From Hydrotalea sp. (GTDB taxonomy: Bacteria; Bacteroidota; Bacteroidia; Chitinophagales; Chitinophagaceae): a stretch of DNA of 64,000 nucleotides. Below, piece after piece: positions 19,205 through 27,827 of the stretch. Positions within the stretch are counted from its first letter, which is position 1; every line of letters starts with the position of its first letter. The stretch lies in contig NZ_JBMFQT010000015.1 in NCBI RefSeq assembly GCF_049968455.1, forward strand, positions 6,285-70,284. The letters are read 5' to 3'. The notes under the pieces are model-generated. The model was not told the DNA's origin. It ran no database searches and was given only the letters and a program-made list of their open reading frames with translations. Position numbers and translations under genes: made by a program.

Positions 19205-19717
19205 CTAAAAATTATTCCATTGCGTTCCCGATTCATTGTCAAATCCGTACTTACGAGATATTGTTGTTTTACCCAACGCATCTGTTTGATAATAAGTCCA
19301 CCCAACTTTTGCAGGGGCTAATGTAACCTGTGTAGATAATAAACCATTACAGCCCATTGCCTCTGTACAATTAATTACTCTAACATTTTCCATGAAAACG
19401 GTGTTTCCTAAAACAAGCTGACCTGAATTACCCATTTGTAAAACGGATAGTAACCCATTTTTTAATACAATGCCAAGTTGCATAGCCCTTTTTAAATCGG
19501 CACTTGCTCCTGTTATATTCATAGAAAATATAAATTGATTGCTGTTTTTCCCACCCTCAGAAAAAGACAGTATAGAAATATTACCTTCAAAACCACGCAT
19601 GAATGCATCACCTTTGATTAATTTACCCGTTTCATCAAATAGCTTTAAATAAACTCTTTGGTTTTGAGCCCATGTGATAAGCGGGAAGTACAACAAAAAA
19701 AGTATAATTGTACGCAT
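19205..19717 (-). CDS. Hcp/TssD-like (PF05638-like) protein carrying an N-terminal Sec signal peptide
   Basis: Signal peptide MRTIILFLLYFPLITWAQ. The mature N-terminus is 'VYLKLFDETGKLIKGDA..GFEGNISILSFSEGG' and the C-terminus is 'TQVTLAPAKVGWTYYQTDALGKTTISRKYGFDNESG'. Both follow the opening and closing strands of proteobacterial-type Hcp as I remember them, and the mature length (~150 aa) also fits. Confidence 0.55.
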   Translation of the reverse strand: MRTIILFLLYFPLITWAQNQRVYLKLFDETGKLIKGDAFMRGFEGNISILSFSEGGKNSNQFIFSMNITGASADLKRAMQLGIVLKNGLLSVLQMGNSGQLVLGNTVFMENVRVINCTEAMGCNGLLSTQVTLAPAKVGWTYYQTDALGKTTISRKYGFDNESGTQWNNF

Positions 19718-19741
19718 AATATAGATTTTTAATAATTAAAT

Positions 19742-21142
19742 TTATTTAGAGAAGCCCGTAAAAACCCCTGAACCAGGATATTGAGCATCATTCATCCACA
19801 AAACTCTTTTCCCTTTTTGTGCCGTAAAATAAACATCATAAACCTTTGGTTTACCACTGATATCTGAAAACCGTATTTGCCAATTATTAACTGACTCAAA
19901 AACACCATTACTTTTACTTTGCAAAACACCTGTTCTTCCACCAAAACTGTTAGTAGCTATCAATTGCCATTCATAATGGTTGCTCCCGTCAAAATTGAAC
20001 CATTGCGTTGAGGCATAGGTTTGCATTCCAGCACTTTGACCGGTATAAATATTAGTATAGTAGGTATTACTTGTAAAACGATCCGTCCATTTACCGGTAC
20101 CAAATAAATCTGCAGCGGCCACAGCAAATTTGTTTCTACCAGACATGTTATCAAGCGTTTGCAATACATCAGCATTACTATCCCATTGAATGGATTCCGG
20201 ATCAAAATGAAATGTGGATACAAAATCAGCTTTTGTGGGTGTTATAACTTCTATCCAACCGGCACTTCGTTTAAACAATACCAGATAAACTTGTTGTTTG
20301 GTTACATTTGAAACCGCATTCCCAAAGCCAATATAAGGTCTATTAAAAGTATTAATGTAAGTAGTTCTGAAATTAGTTAAGTTACTGTAACGAGGTGCAA
20401 CTAAAATATTCCATGCAGTTCTAACAAGCGGATCCGTATCTGCAGGAAATATTGTTCCTTCTTTAGGATAATGCAATAAAACTTTGTAATTATCTTTTGA
20501 TACTTCTACCCAATCTTCTTTTTCAATTGCAGTCCACCCATCATCAAAATTTGTAGTATTAAATGTAAACTTAGAATTCGCAACAGGCGTTTCAATCTGC
20601 ATCCATTGATTGTTGTTTTGTATCACTAATGTTGAATCCGAAACCGATTGTTTGAATTGTACTGACGATAAAAAATCATCAATTAATGATGTATATACAG
20701 CACTGTTAAACATCACTAATATATTTACCGTAGTATTTTTGCGAGTTGCATTTACTAGCAGCGCAACACCGCTTAATTCACCTTCATTAAAAGGTGCATA
20801 ACCACTAATAGCTTCCCATTCCTGTTCTTTTATTGGTTTTTGCATTTCCGGTTCATTGTTTACGTGCAGGTTTTGCTTTACCAATTGCTGCCAGGAAAGG
20901 TCAAAGTTTTGTTTTAGTGTACTCGTTGTTATAGCGCTTTTAAAAATTGATATTTTACACCACTCCTTATTTTTTTGATTGATAGTATAATAATTTCTTA
21001 CGTCTTGAAATGTCTGTTGCTCCCATCCAATGGGTGGTTTAAACGTTACAAGATCAAAACTATCTATTTGCGCATTTAAGTTGGTAATGAAAAACAATGG
21101 CATCAAAAGCACTCCTGTGCTATGCATTAATTTAGTTAACAT
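19742..21142 (-). CDS. Exported hypothetical protein (466 aa)
   Basis: Signal peptide '...GVLLMPLFFITNLNAQ'. The composition is beta-rich and W/Y/N-rich. No family was recognised. It sits in the operon with 23-24-nt gaps on each side. Confidence 0.6.
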   Translation of the reverse strand: MLTKLMHSTGVLLMPLFFITNLNAQIDSFDLVTFKPPIGWEQQTFQDVRNYYTINQKNKEWCKISIFKSAITTSTLKQNFDLSWQQLVKQNLHVNNEPEMQKPIKEQEWEAISGYAPFNEGELSGVALLVNATRKNTTVNILVMFNSAVYTSLIDDFLSSVQFKQSVSDSTLVIQNNNQWMQIETPVANSKFTFNTTNFDDGWTAIEKEDWVEVSKDNYKVLLHYPKEGTIFPADTDPLVRTAWNILVAPRYSNLTNFRTTYINTFNRPYIGFGNAVSNVTKQQVYLVLFKRSAGWIEVITPTKADFVSTFHFDPESIQWDSNADVLQTLDNMSGRNKFAVAAADLFGTGKWTDRFTSNTYYTNIYTGQSAGMQTYASTQWFNFDGSNHYEWQLIATNSFGGRTGVLQSKSNGVFESVNNWQIRFSDISGKPKVYDVYFTAQKGKRVLWMNDAQYPGSGVFTGFSK

Positions 21143-21165
21143 AAAAACATTTCATTAATGCATGA

Positions 21166-23031
21166 TTAATAAATTGGAACATTGGTAAAAGTTCCTTTAA
21201 TATCACCCGCAAAGCCATTGGTAAAGGTTTCCGTCATAGCATCGCCCTTTTTAATGGGCTTAAGTCCTTGAATCATCACACCAAATGTAAAATAACCACT
21301 TGCTTTACCATTTTCTACTTTTTCAATAACAAACTTGCAGGTTGGAGATGCAGCTGGTAAATGACGAATTAATCCCTCATCCACAAAATTGGCCATATGT
21401 CCGTTGGTAACAATAGGTGAAAATTTATATACATACGGTTTTTTATCTGTTCCATAAAATAATACCGCTTCATTGTCTTTTATTTCAGCATATTGTTTAG
21501 TTCCGTATAATGGTTGCTTTTGATTAATCTCCTGAAAATTGAATGTTTCAGGTTTTAAATTGCTATTCACAGATACCAGATGAATCTTCACATAATTTTC
21601 TTTGCTATTACCTTCCTCTTTACTTGCAATGAATGTATAAGTATTTTCACCTGTTTTCATAAACTGAGCAAACGGTAATTGTGTATTTAAAATTTTACTT
21701 TGCAATTGCAAATTGGTATTACTTACCGGAGTACTGTTTTTTCCGGTTGATGTATTTGTACTAGGCTTAGCTGCATTGGGTTTACTTTCAGAAGTTGAAT
21801 TGATGGTGTTGCTATAATTATCGGCTTCAGGCTTAAATATAAATTCAACTCTTCTATTTTGTGCTTTACCTTCCGGTGTTTTATTATCAGCAATGGGTTG
21901 TGATTCTCCGCGCCCTTCTGTAGTAAGTTTGGATGCATCAATATTATATTGATTAACTAAAATATTTTTTACTGTTTCAGCACGTTGTTGTGAAAGTTTT
22001 AAATTTAGTGCTTCATCACCGTCACTATCGGTATGACCAACAATTTTAACTAGTGTAGTTGTTTCTTTCAGCACTTTACTTACATCTAACAAAGCACCCA
22101 TACTTTCGGGTTTTAAATTAGCAGTACCACTATAGAATAATAGGTTACTAACTAATTTACCTTCTTCAAAACGAGAACGGGTATCGGGTACATCCTTTGC
22201 AACACGAATATTACTCACATAATAGTCTGTTCCACCAACACTGCCGAAATTGAAGCCAAATTGATTAGGCAAATAAGTTTCATTGACAGCGGGTAAATCG
22301 TATAACTTTCTATCATTCCACCACATTCTAAAACGCTTACCTTGTACACACATACTAACATGTACCGGTGTTAAATTATTGTAAGGTAACTCCTCAGACA
22401 TATTATCTGATAGCCGTTTATCGAGATTTCTGAGGATAGCGCGGCTTTTATTTTCACCCGCAATGATAGATTCAAAATATATTGCCGGTTTAGCGCTTTG
22501 TAAAATACCCTCATCAGTTACTAAATTACCTCCTGTATTATACAAAACAATATCGAGCCTTGGATCGTATGAATTCTTTACAATCAACAAATCAAATTCT
22601 ATAGTGAAATTATTTCCCCAACTTTGCTTTTTGTTGCGCGATATATGTGTGGCATTACTTGCGGCCATTTTTACCCACTTACCCTCTAAACCATCAATGG
22701 TTACTACTTCAGCCGATTTAGAAGTAATCCATCCTTCAGGAGCTTCACCAATATTATCTTTTTCAAAATTATCAAAATATAAAATGGTAGTACCCGGAAC
22801 AAAATCAAACTTACTATACACTTTTAAATCGGGTTGACGTGACTGACTTGATGCCGTTGCATTATCACCTGCATCAGATTTTTTAGGATTATCATTTGTT
22901 TTAGGTGCATCCGCTTTATCAATTTTTTTTGATACTGCCTGCTCTGCTTTTTGTTGTAGCTTTTTTAATAACTGACTGTGGGTATTGTTTATGCAAAACA
23001 GTATACCCAAGCTTAACATTATTAGTTTCAT
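21166..23031 (-). CDS. OmpA-family peptidoglycan-binding protein with an N-terminal jelly-roll-like domain and an unassigned ~190-aa C-terminal extension
   Basis: Signal peptide MKLIMLSLGILFCINNTHSQ. The OmpA_C core is 'VKIVGHTDSDGDEALNLKLSQQRAETVKNIL...GRGESQPIADNKTPEGKAQNRRVEFIFK' (roughly residues 330-400), followed by a Ser/Thr/Asn linker and a further domain. Confidence 0.85.
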   Translation of the reverse strand: MKLIMLSLGILFCINNTHSQLLKKLQQKAEQAVSKKIDKADAPKTNDNPKKSDAGDNATASSQSRQPDLKVYSKFDFVPGTTILYFDNFEKDNIGEAPEGWITSKSAEVVTIDGLEGKWVKMAASNATHISRNKKQSWGNNFTIEFDLLIVKNSYDPRLDIVLYNTGGNLVTDEGILQSAKPAIYFESIIAGENKSRAILRNLDKRLSDNMSEELPYNNLTPVHVSMCVQGKRFRMWWNDRKLYDLPAVNETYLPNQFGFNFGSVGGTDYYVSNIRVAKDVPDTRSRFEEGKLVSNLLFYSGTANLKPESMGALLDVSKVLKETTTLVKIVGHTDSDGDEALNLKLSQQRAETVKNILVNQYNIDASKLTTEGRGESQPIADNKTPEGKAQNRRVEFIFKPEADNYSNTINSTSESKPNAAKPSTNTSTGKNSTPVSNTNLQLQSKILNTQLPFAQFMKTGENTYTFIASKEEGNSKENYVKIHLVSVNSNLKPETFNFQEINQKQPLYGTKQYAEIKDNEAVLFYGTDKKPYVYKFSPIVTNGHMANFVDEGLIRHLPAASPTCKFVIEKVENGKASGYFTFGVMIQGLKPIKKGDAMTETFTNGFAGDIKGTFTNVPIY

Positions 23032-23048
23032 TGTATTTATTTTAATGA

Positions 23049-25151
23049 TTAATTGAGGCTTTCTAATAAACCAGTTCCACCCATTGAACTACTGCCACTC
23101 ACCAAACTAATTCTACCTTCTACACCTATATCAGCAGGTCCTGCACTTACTCCTGCTTTACCAATTACATATGCATCCTTTAGGCCGGTTCTATCAATTT
23201 CAATACCCACTCCTCCACCTGCAGATGCACCCACTTGAATAGGACCAACTTCTATTTCTTTACCTGCTTCTGCTGTTATTTCAACAGTGCAATTCATAAA
23301 TTGATCTGCAAAAGTTTCCTTATCCATATTCTGTTTCAAACTTCCCTTAATAAAGGGCACATCAATAGAAGTGGTTACCCTACTGCAATCAAAACTTGCC
23401 TTCATCACAATCATGTTTAATTCTGTATGATATTGGCATGCAACATCATCAAACTCTGCTAACTTAAATTTGCCGGAAGGTTTATTTTTCGATTCTTCTG
23501 TACATATGTATAAGGTGTTTTTTTCAAAATGGGCTTCGCGTAATGCTTCCCACCATTTAATCTTCATCATTACTTTGCTGGCTTCAAATTCTTCGGGCCA
23601 TTGCGTATATTTTAACCAGTGCACTTCCTCATTCATTTTACGACGGAATAAATCCAGCATTTGTTGTTTTAATTCTTCAGCCTCGGTATTAACAGTTTGC
23701 AAATAATTATTTGTCAGCAATTTCTTTTCCGCGCAAAAACTTTTGTTAGCTAATCCTTCACCGGTTTGTTCCGCTTCTTTTTCATTAATGGTATGCAATA
23801 ACGAATCATAAGTTTTTTTCAATTCATTTTGTTTGTATAAAAACTTCATTTGTTTTTCATTCAGTCGCTTTAGTTGCACCATATAATTACTCGACTCATC
23901 GTTCAATGCTTTTAATTTTAAAGCTGCTTTTGGAGCATAAAAAGGCATTACCGATAATGTACCTGTTTTTTTACCTGTTAGCAATGCTTTATTGACGAAT
24001 TGTATGTTTTGATTAATTCGTATAGAATTATTTTGTTGTGCTAATTCCTGTAATCCTTTTAAAGTTTGTTTCAATTTTTCAATTTCTTCATCACACATAG
24101 CTATGTAATTAGCCCAATCTTTCTCTAATGCAATGCACCCATCAACCGATTTAGGATAAGCCGGTTGTTGATATTCCGATAAAATGAGATTTTCATCATT
24201 ACCGGGCAATTTCCATTCAATATCTTTCTCAGAAATTGTTACACCAAATTTTCTAAGTCTACTTTCTTTTTCATTTGTATATGCGTGATGTAACGATTGC
24301 TTTACTGCATTAATAGCACCGTTTTTGTTACCCTTGCTTTCTTCAATGTATGATTTGGTAAGATTAGCTTGCGGATGATATGCATACAAACGAATAGCAC
24401 TATCTAAATATTTTTCAGCTTTATTCATTTCACCTAATCCATACCAGGCCTGACCCAAGTTATTAAGTATGGCATTATTATTCGGATACTGTTTATTTAA
24501 ATACTGCAGAATAGGAATAGACAGGGGTTCAGCACTGCTCATAATTAACATAGAAGTATAATTGCTCAAATTGTCTATATTATTTGGATTTTGTAAAACT
24601 ATTTTACCCATAACATATACTGCCACTGCCTGATTTCCCATCATCCAAATTCCCACAGCCGCTCTTCCGGCTTGTGCAGCAGGCAATGACATTAATTGTT
24701 GAAATATTTCATCCCCTAACGTAACAATAGAAGCACCCATAACCTGTTGAATTTTTTGCTGACCATATTTTAATAAAGTAATTACACCCTGTTGTGTAAC
24801 AGGTGTGGGTGGTATACGACTAATTCTTGCCGTATTTCTTATGGGAACTATTTGCGTTTCTTTTGCATAAGCCTTACTCAATTGCTTGTCATTTACATGG
24901 GACACTTGTTGAGCTGTTTTATTAAAATCAGGAAGAAGAATACCTAAACTGTCCATCGTCTTTTTTTCCTTAGCACTTATATTACTCATTTGCTTTTGAG
25001 CCTGTCGTATTAAGGCTTGCATTTCTTGTTGTGTAGGTGGCTGTTCAACATTGCTTTTTTTAACAGATTGCCCTATTAATAAATGGCTGTTGAGAATAAT
25101 AAACAAGAAGAATGAACATTTCAATATTTTACAATAAAAAAAAGAATACAT
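23049..25151 (-). CDS. Exported TPR/coiled-coil protein with a glycine-rich C-terminal domain (700 aa)
   Basis: Hydrophobic N-terminus. TPR-like 'LNNLGQAWYGLGEMNKAEKYLDSAIRLYAYHPQANL'. Long heptad-like segments (EIEKLKQTLKGLQELAQQ..., LKRLNEKQMKFLYKQNELKK...). The C-terminus is 'VGPIQVGASAGGGVGIEIDRTG...GVSAGPADIGVEGRISLVSGSSSMGGTG'. Confidence 0.65.
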   Translation of the reverse strand: MYSFFYCKILKCSFFLFIILNSHLLIGQSVKKSNVEQPPTQQEMQALIRQAQKQMSNISAKEKKTMDSLGILLPDFNKTAQQVSHVNDKQLSKAYAKETQIVPIRNTARISRIPPTPVTQQGVITLLKYGQQKIQQVMGASIVTLGDEIFQQLMSLPAAQAGRAAVGIWMMGNQAVAVYVMGKIVLQNPNNIDNLSNYTSMLIMSSAEPLSIPILQYLNKQYPNNNAILNNLGQAWYGLGEMNKAEKYLDSAIRLYAYHPQANLTKSYIEESKGNKNGAINAVKQSLHHAYTNEKESRLRKFGVTISEKDIEWKLPGNDENLILSEYQQPAYPKSVDGCIALEKDWANYIAMCDEEIEKLKQTLKGLQELAQQNNSIRINQNIQFVNKALLTGKKTGTLSVMPFYAPKAALKLKALNDESSNYMVQLKRLNEKQMKFLYKQNELKKTYDSLLHTINEKEAEQTGEGLANKSFCAEKKLLTNNYLQTVNTEAEELKQQMLDLFRRKMNEEVHWLKYTQWPEEFEASKVMMKIKWWEALREAHFEKNTLYICTEESKNKPSGKFKLAEFDDVACQYHTELNMIVMKASFDCSRVTTSIDVPFIKGSLKQNMDKETFADQFMNCTVEITAEAGKEIEVGPIQVGASAGGGVGIEIDRTGLKDAYVIGKAGVSAGPADIGVEGRISLVSGSSSMGGTGLLESLN

Positions 25152-25179
25152 CTTAAAACATTTATTACTGATTTAAAAA

Positions 25180-25665
25180 TTATTTCAAAGCATTTGTTTG
25201 TAGTTGTGCAATCTCACCCGCAACAATATTGGCAACATTAGCCACCTGACGAATCAAACGTTCCATATACTTACTATTCAACAAATCAATGAATGCATCA
25301 GAACGGATATATACATCATTATGCTGATCCATTCCTATTTTAATCAAGTCAAAATGATCAGCCTGCTGTAACAAGTGGTGCATTACAAGTGAATCATCTT
25401 TAAAAGATTGTACTTCAGATAAATTGGTATAGATAATGCATAAATCACTTACGCGCTGAATAACAATTTGATAATCCGGAATACTGCTTCCACTGTATGG
25501 AATAACTGCTACGCTATCATTTATAATACGATAAGGCAAAGCAACTTTTAACAATAATTGCTCCATTATACCTTCTTTTTGGGGAGCCAAAGATTTTGTT
25601 TGTGCCTGCATTAAAAAGGGAACAAACATCACCAGCAGTAGGAATAAGCATTTTAATTGTTTCAT
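25180..25665 (-). CDS. Exported small protein, YbjN/T3SS-chaperone-like fold suspected
   Basis: Signal peptide MKQLKCLFLLLVMFVPFLMQAQ. The pattern 'YRIINDSVAVIPYSG...YQIVIQRVSDLCIIYTNL...LLQQADHFDLIKIGMDQHNDVYIRSD' resembles the YbjN-like (PF10722) layout. The assignment is weak. It is the first gene of the operon. Confidence 0.4.
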   Translation of the reverse strand: MKQLKCLFLLLVMFVPFLMQAQTKSLAPQKEGIMEQLLLKVALPYRIINDSVAVIPYSGSSIPDYQIVIQRVSDLCIIYTNLSEVQSFKDDSLVMHHLLQQADHFDLIKIGMDQHNDVYIRSDAFIDLLNSKYMERLIRQVANVANIVAGEIAQLQTNALK

Positions 25666-25853
25666 ACACTGTAATAGGTTAAATGCACAATTGAATAAAA
25701 CTGACTAAACAGCAAGTGTAAAAATGAAAAAATTATATCCTAAAACCTATCCCTTAAAACTGGGATATTCATTAAATCAATCAAAAATCACCTGAAAGGG
25801 GGAATAGTGGATTATCGATAAAATGGTTAATTTGTTAAGACAATCATCAATTA

Positions 25854-27827
25854 ATGTCGTACAAAAGGCTATTGTATTTTATATTATTTGTTGCTGCTAT
25901 GCATATAAACCTGAAGGGGCAAACTATCAGTGCCGATAGCATAATGCAACAAATACAACGCATGCCTAATGATACCGCAAAAGTGAACAAATTAAATGAA
26001 CTGATTGGATTACTGCAATTTCAAAATCATGACAAAGCAGAAGAAATATCGTGGAAATCTATTCAATTAGCGCAACAATTAAATTATAGATTAGGATTAA
26101 TAATTGCCAGAAGATTAAGAGGTGTATTATATATTGACAAAGCCCAATTAGATAGTGGCAAATATTTTTATGATAAAGCATTTGCTTTAATTAAAAATTC
26201 AACCCAACCTACTTTTATTAAACAAAAAGGCCTATTAACCCACAATTATGGAGTTATTTATCATCAACGTCAATTATATGACTCCGCCACTATGCAATAT
26301 TTAGAAGCGATAAAAATCTTTAACTCTATCAATGAAGAAGGATTGACCTTTTTCCCCTGTTTAAATTTAGCCACTATTTATAGCTTCTTAAATGACAATA
26401 ATAAAGCACTATATTATAGTAAAGAAGCCATAAAAGGTGCAGAAAAATTAAATGATAAAACTAAATTGGTCATTGCCATTAACCAGGAAATGTCCATTCA
26501 TATCGCTTTAAAAAATTTCGATACTGTACTTACACCTTTAAGAAGAAATATTGCATTAGCACATTCACTTCAACATTACTATGCAGAAGGAAAAGCGCAC
26601 CATTTATTGGGTAAATATTTTTCGGAAGGAAAACAAATGTTTGATTCTTCTATTGAAAACAAAAAAAAGGCATTGACATTAATGCAGAAAATTCGCAATC
26701 AATATGAAATTACTAGTATTACAGAAGATATAGGCTTCGACTATCTACAAAAAGAAAACTATAATGAAGCCAAATACTATTTAACACAATCCATTAGCCT
26801 AGCGCAACAATTTGGATTAGATCAAATTAAACAATATGGTTTAGAAAATATGGTAATAGTAGAAGAAAAATTAGGCAACATTCCTGCTGCTTATCAATAT
26901 TTAAAAGAGTATACCACTTTAAAGGATTCATTGGCAGCCCGTTCAAATCAAAATTATTTATTTGATCTAGAAGCCAAATATCAAAATGCCAATAAAGAAT
27001 TACAAATTGCACAATTAGAGTCTGAAAAAAAAATTCATGAATTAGCATTGAAGCAAAATAAAATTTGGAATTATGTTCTAATTGCAGCATCTATTACCAT
27101 ATTTATTATTGGTTCGTTAACCTATCGCAATCACAAACACAAACAAACACTACAACAACAACGTATTATTGAACTAGAAACGCAACAACAACTGGCCGCT
27201 ACAGAAGCAATTTTGAAAGGTGAAGAACAGGAAAGAACCCGTTTAGCCAAAGATTTACATGATGGATTAGGAGGCATGCTATCGGGTATCAAATACACTA
27301 TGAGCCATATGAAACAAAATTTGATAATGACACCCGAAAACCAACAAGCATTTGAACGTAGTTTAGATATGCTTGATTCTTCTATCAACGAAATGCGCAG
27401 GGTTGCACATAACATGATGCCCGAAGTACTACTTAAATTTGGATTAGATGCAGCTTTACATGATTTATGCCAACAAACAAACGAAACGGGGGCCATTGAA
27501 TTAAAATATCAAAGCATTGGTATTAAGAATAAAACTTTTGAACAAACAACCGCCATACATATTTACCGAATTGTACAAGAGCTGATTAATAACATTTTAA
27601 AACATGCTAATGCACAACAAGCCATTGTGCAAATTACTGATGATGATAATACTATACATATTACGGTAGAAGATAACGGCAAGGGCATGCCGGAGCACAA
27701 ACAACAATTTTCAAAAGGAATTGGATGGAATAATATATATAGCCGAGTAGATTATTTAAAAGGGAAAGTAGATATTCAAACCGCACCGGGAAAAGGCACA
27801 TCAGTTCACATTGAACTTAATGTATGA
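25854..27827 (+). CDS. Sensor histidine kinase (periplasmic TPR domain, one TM, HisKA_3, HATPase_c)
   Basis: Signal/anchor, then TPR-like repeats over ~350 aa and the TM 'IWNYVLIAASITIFIIGSLTY'. These are followed by a coiled coil, the H-box 'ERTRLAKDLHDGLGGMLS', N-box 'ELINNILKHANA' and G-box 'DNGKGM...GIGWNNI'. Confidence 0.9.
   Translation: MSYKRLLYFILFVAAMHINLKGQTISADSIMQQIQRMPNDTAKVNKLNELIGLLQFQNHDKAEEISWKSIQLAQQLNYRLGLIIARRLRGVLYIDKAQLDSGKYFYDKAFALIKNSTQPTFIKQKGLLTHNYGVIYHQRQLYDSATMQYLEAIKIFNSINEEGLTFFPCLNLATIYSFLNDNNKALYYSKEAIKGAEKLNDKTKLVIAINQEMSIHIALKNFDTVLTPLRRNIALAHSLQHYYAEGKAHHLLGKYFSEGKQMFDSSIENKKKALTLMQKIRNQYEITSITEDIGFDYLQKENYNEAKYYLTQSISLAQQFGLDQIKQYGLENMVIVEEKLGNIPAAYQYLKEYTTLKDSLAARSNQNYLFDLEAKYQNANKELQIAQLESEKKIHELALKQNKIWNYVLIAASITIFIIGSLTYRNHKHKQTLQQQRIIELETQQQLAATEAILKGEEQERTRLAKDLHDGLGGMLSGIKYTMSHMKQNLIMTPENQQAFERSLDMLDSSINEMRRVAHNMMPEVLLKFGLDAALHDLCQQTNETGAIELKYQSIGIKNKTFEQTTAIHIYRIVQELINNILKHANAQQAIVQITDDDNTIHITVEDNGKGMPEHKQQFSKGIGWNNIYSRVDYLKGKVDIQTAPGKGTSVHIELNV

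Noticed and set aside
19205-25665. Considered calling this a type VI secretion locus because of the Hcp-like gene.
   Set aside because: No sheath (TssB/C), baseplate (TssE/F/G/K), spike (VgrG/PAAR), membrane complex or ClpV/TssH-like genes are visible anywhere in the 64 kb. The Hcp-like protein also has a signal peptide, which is incompatible with canonical T6SS loading. It is reported as an unexplained system instead.
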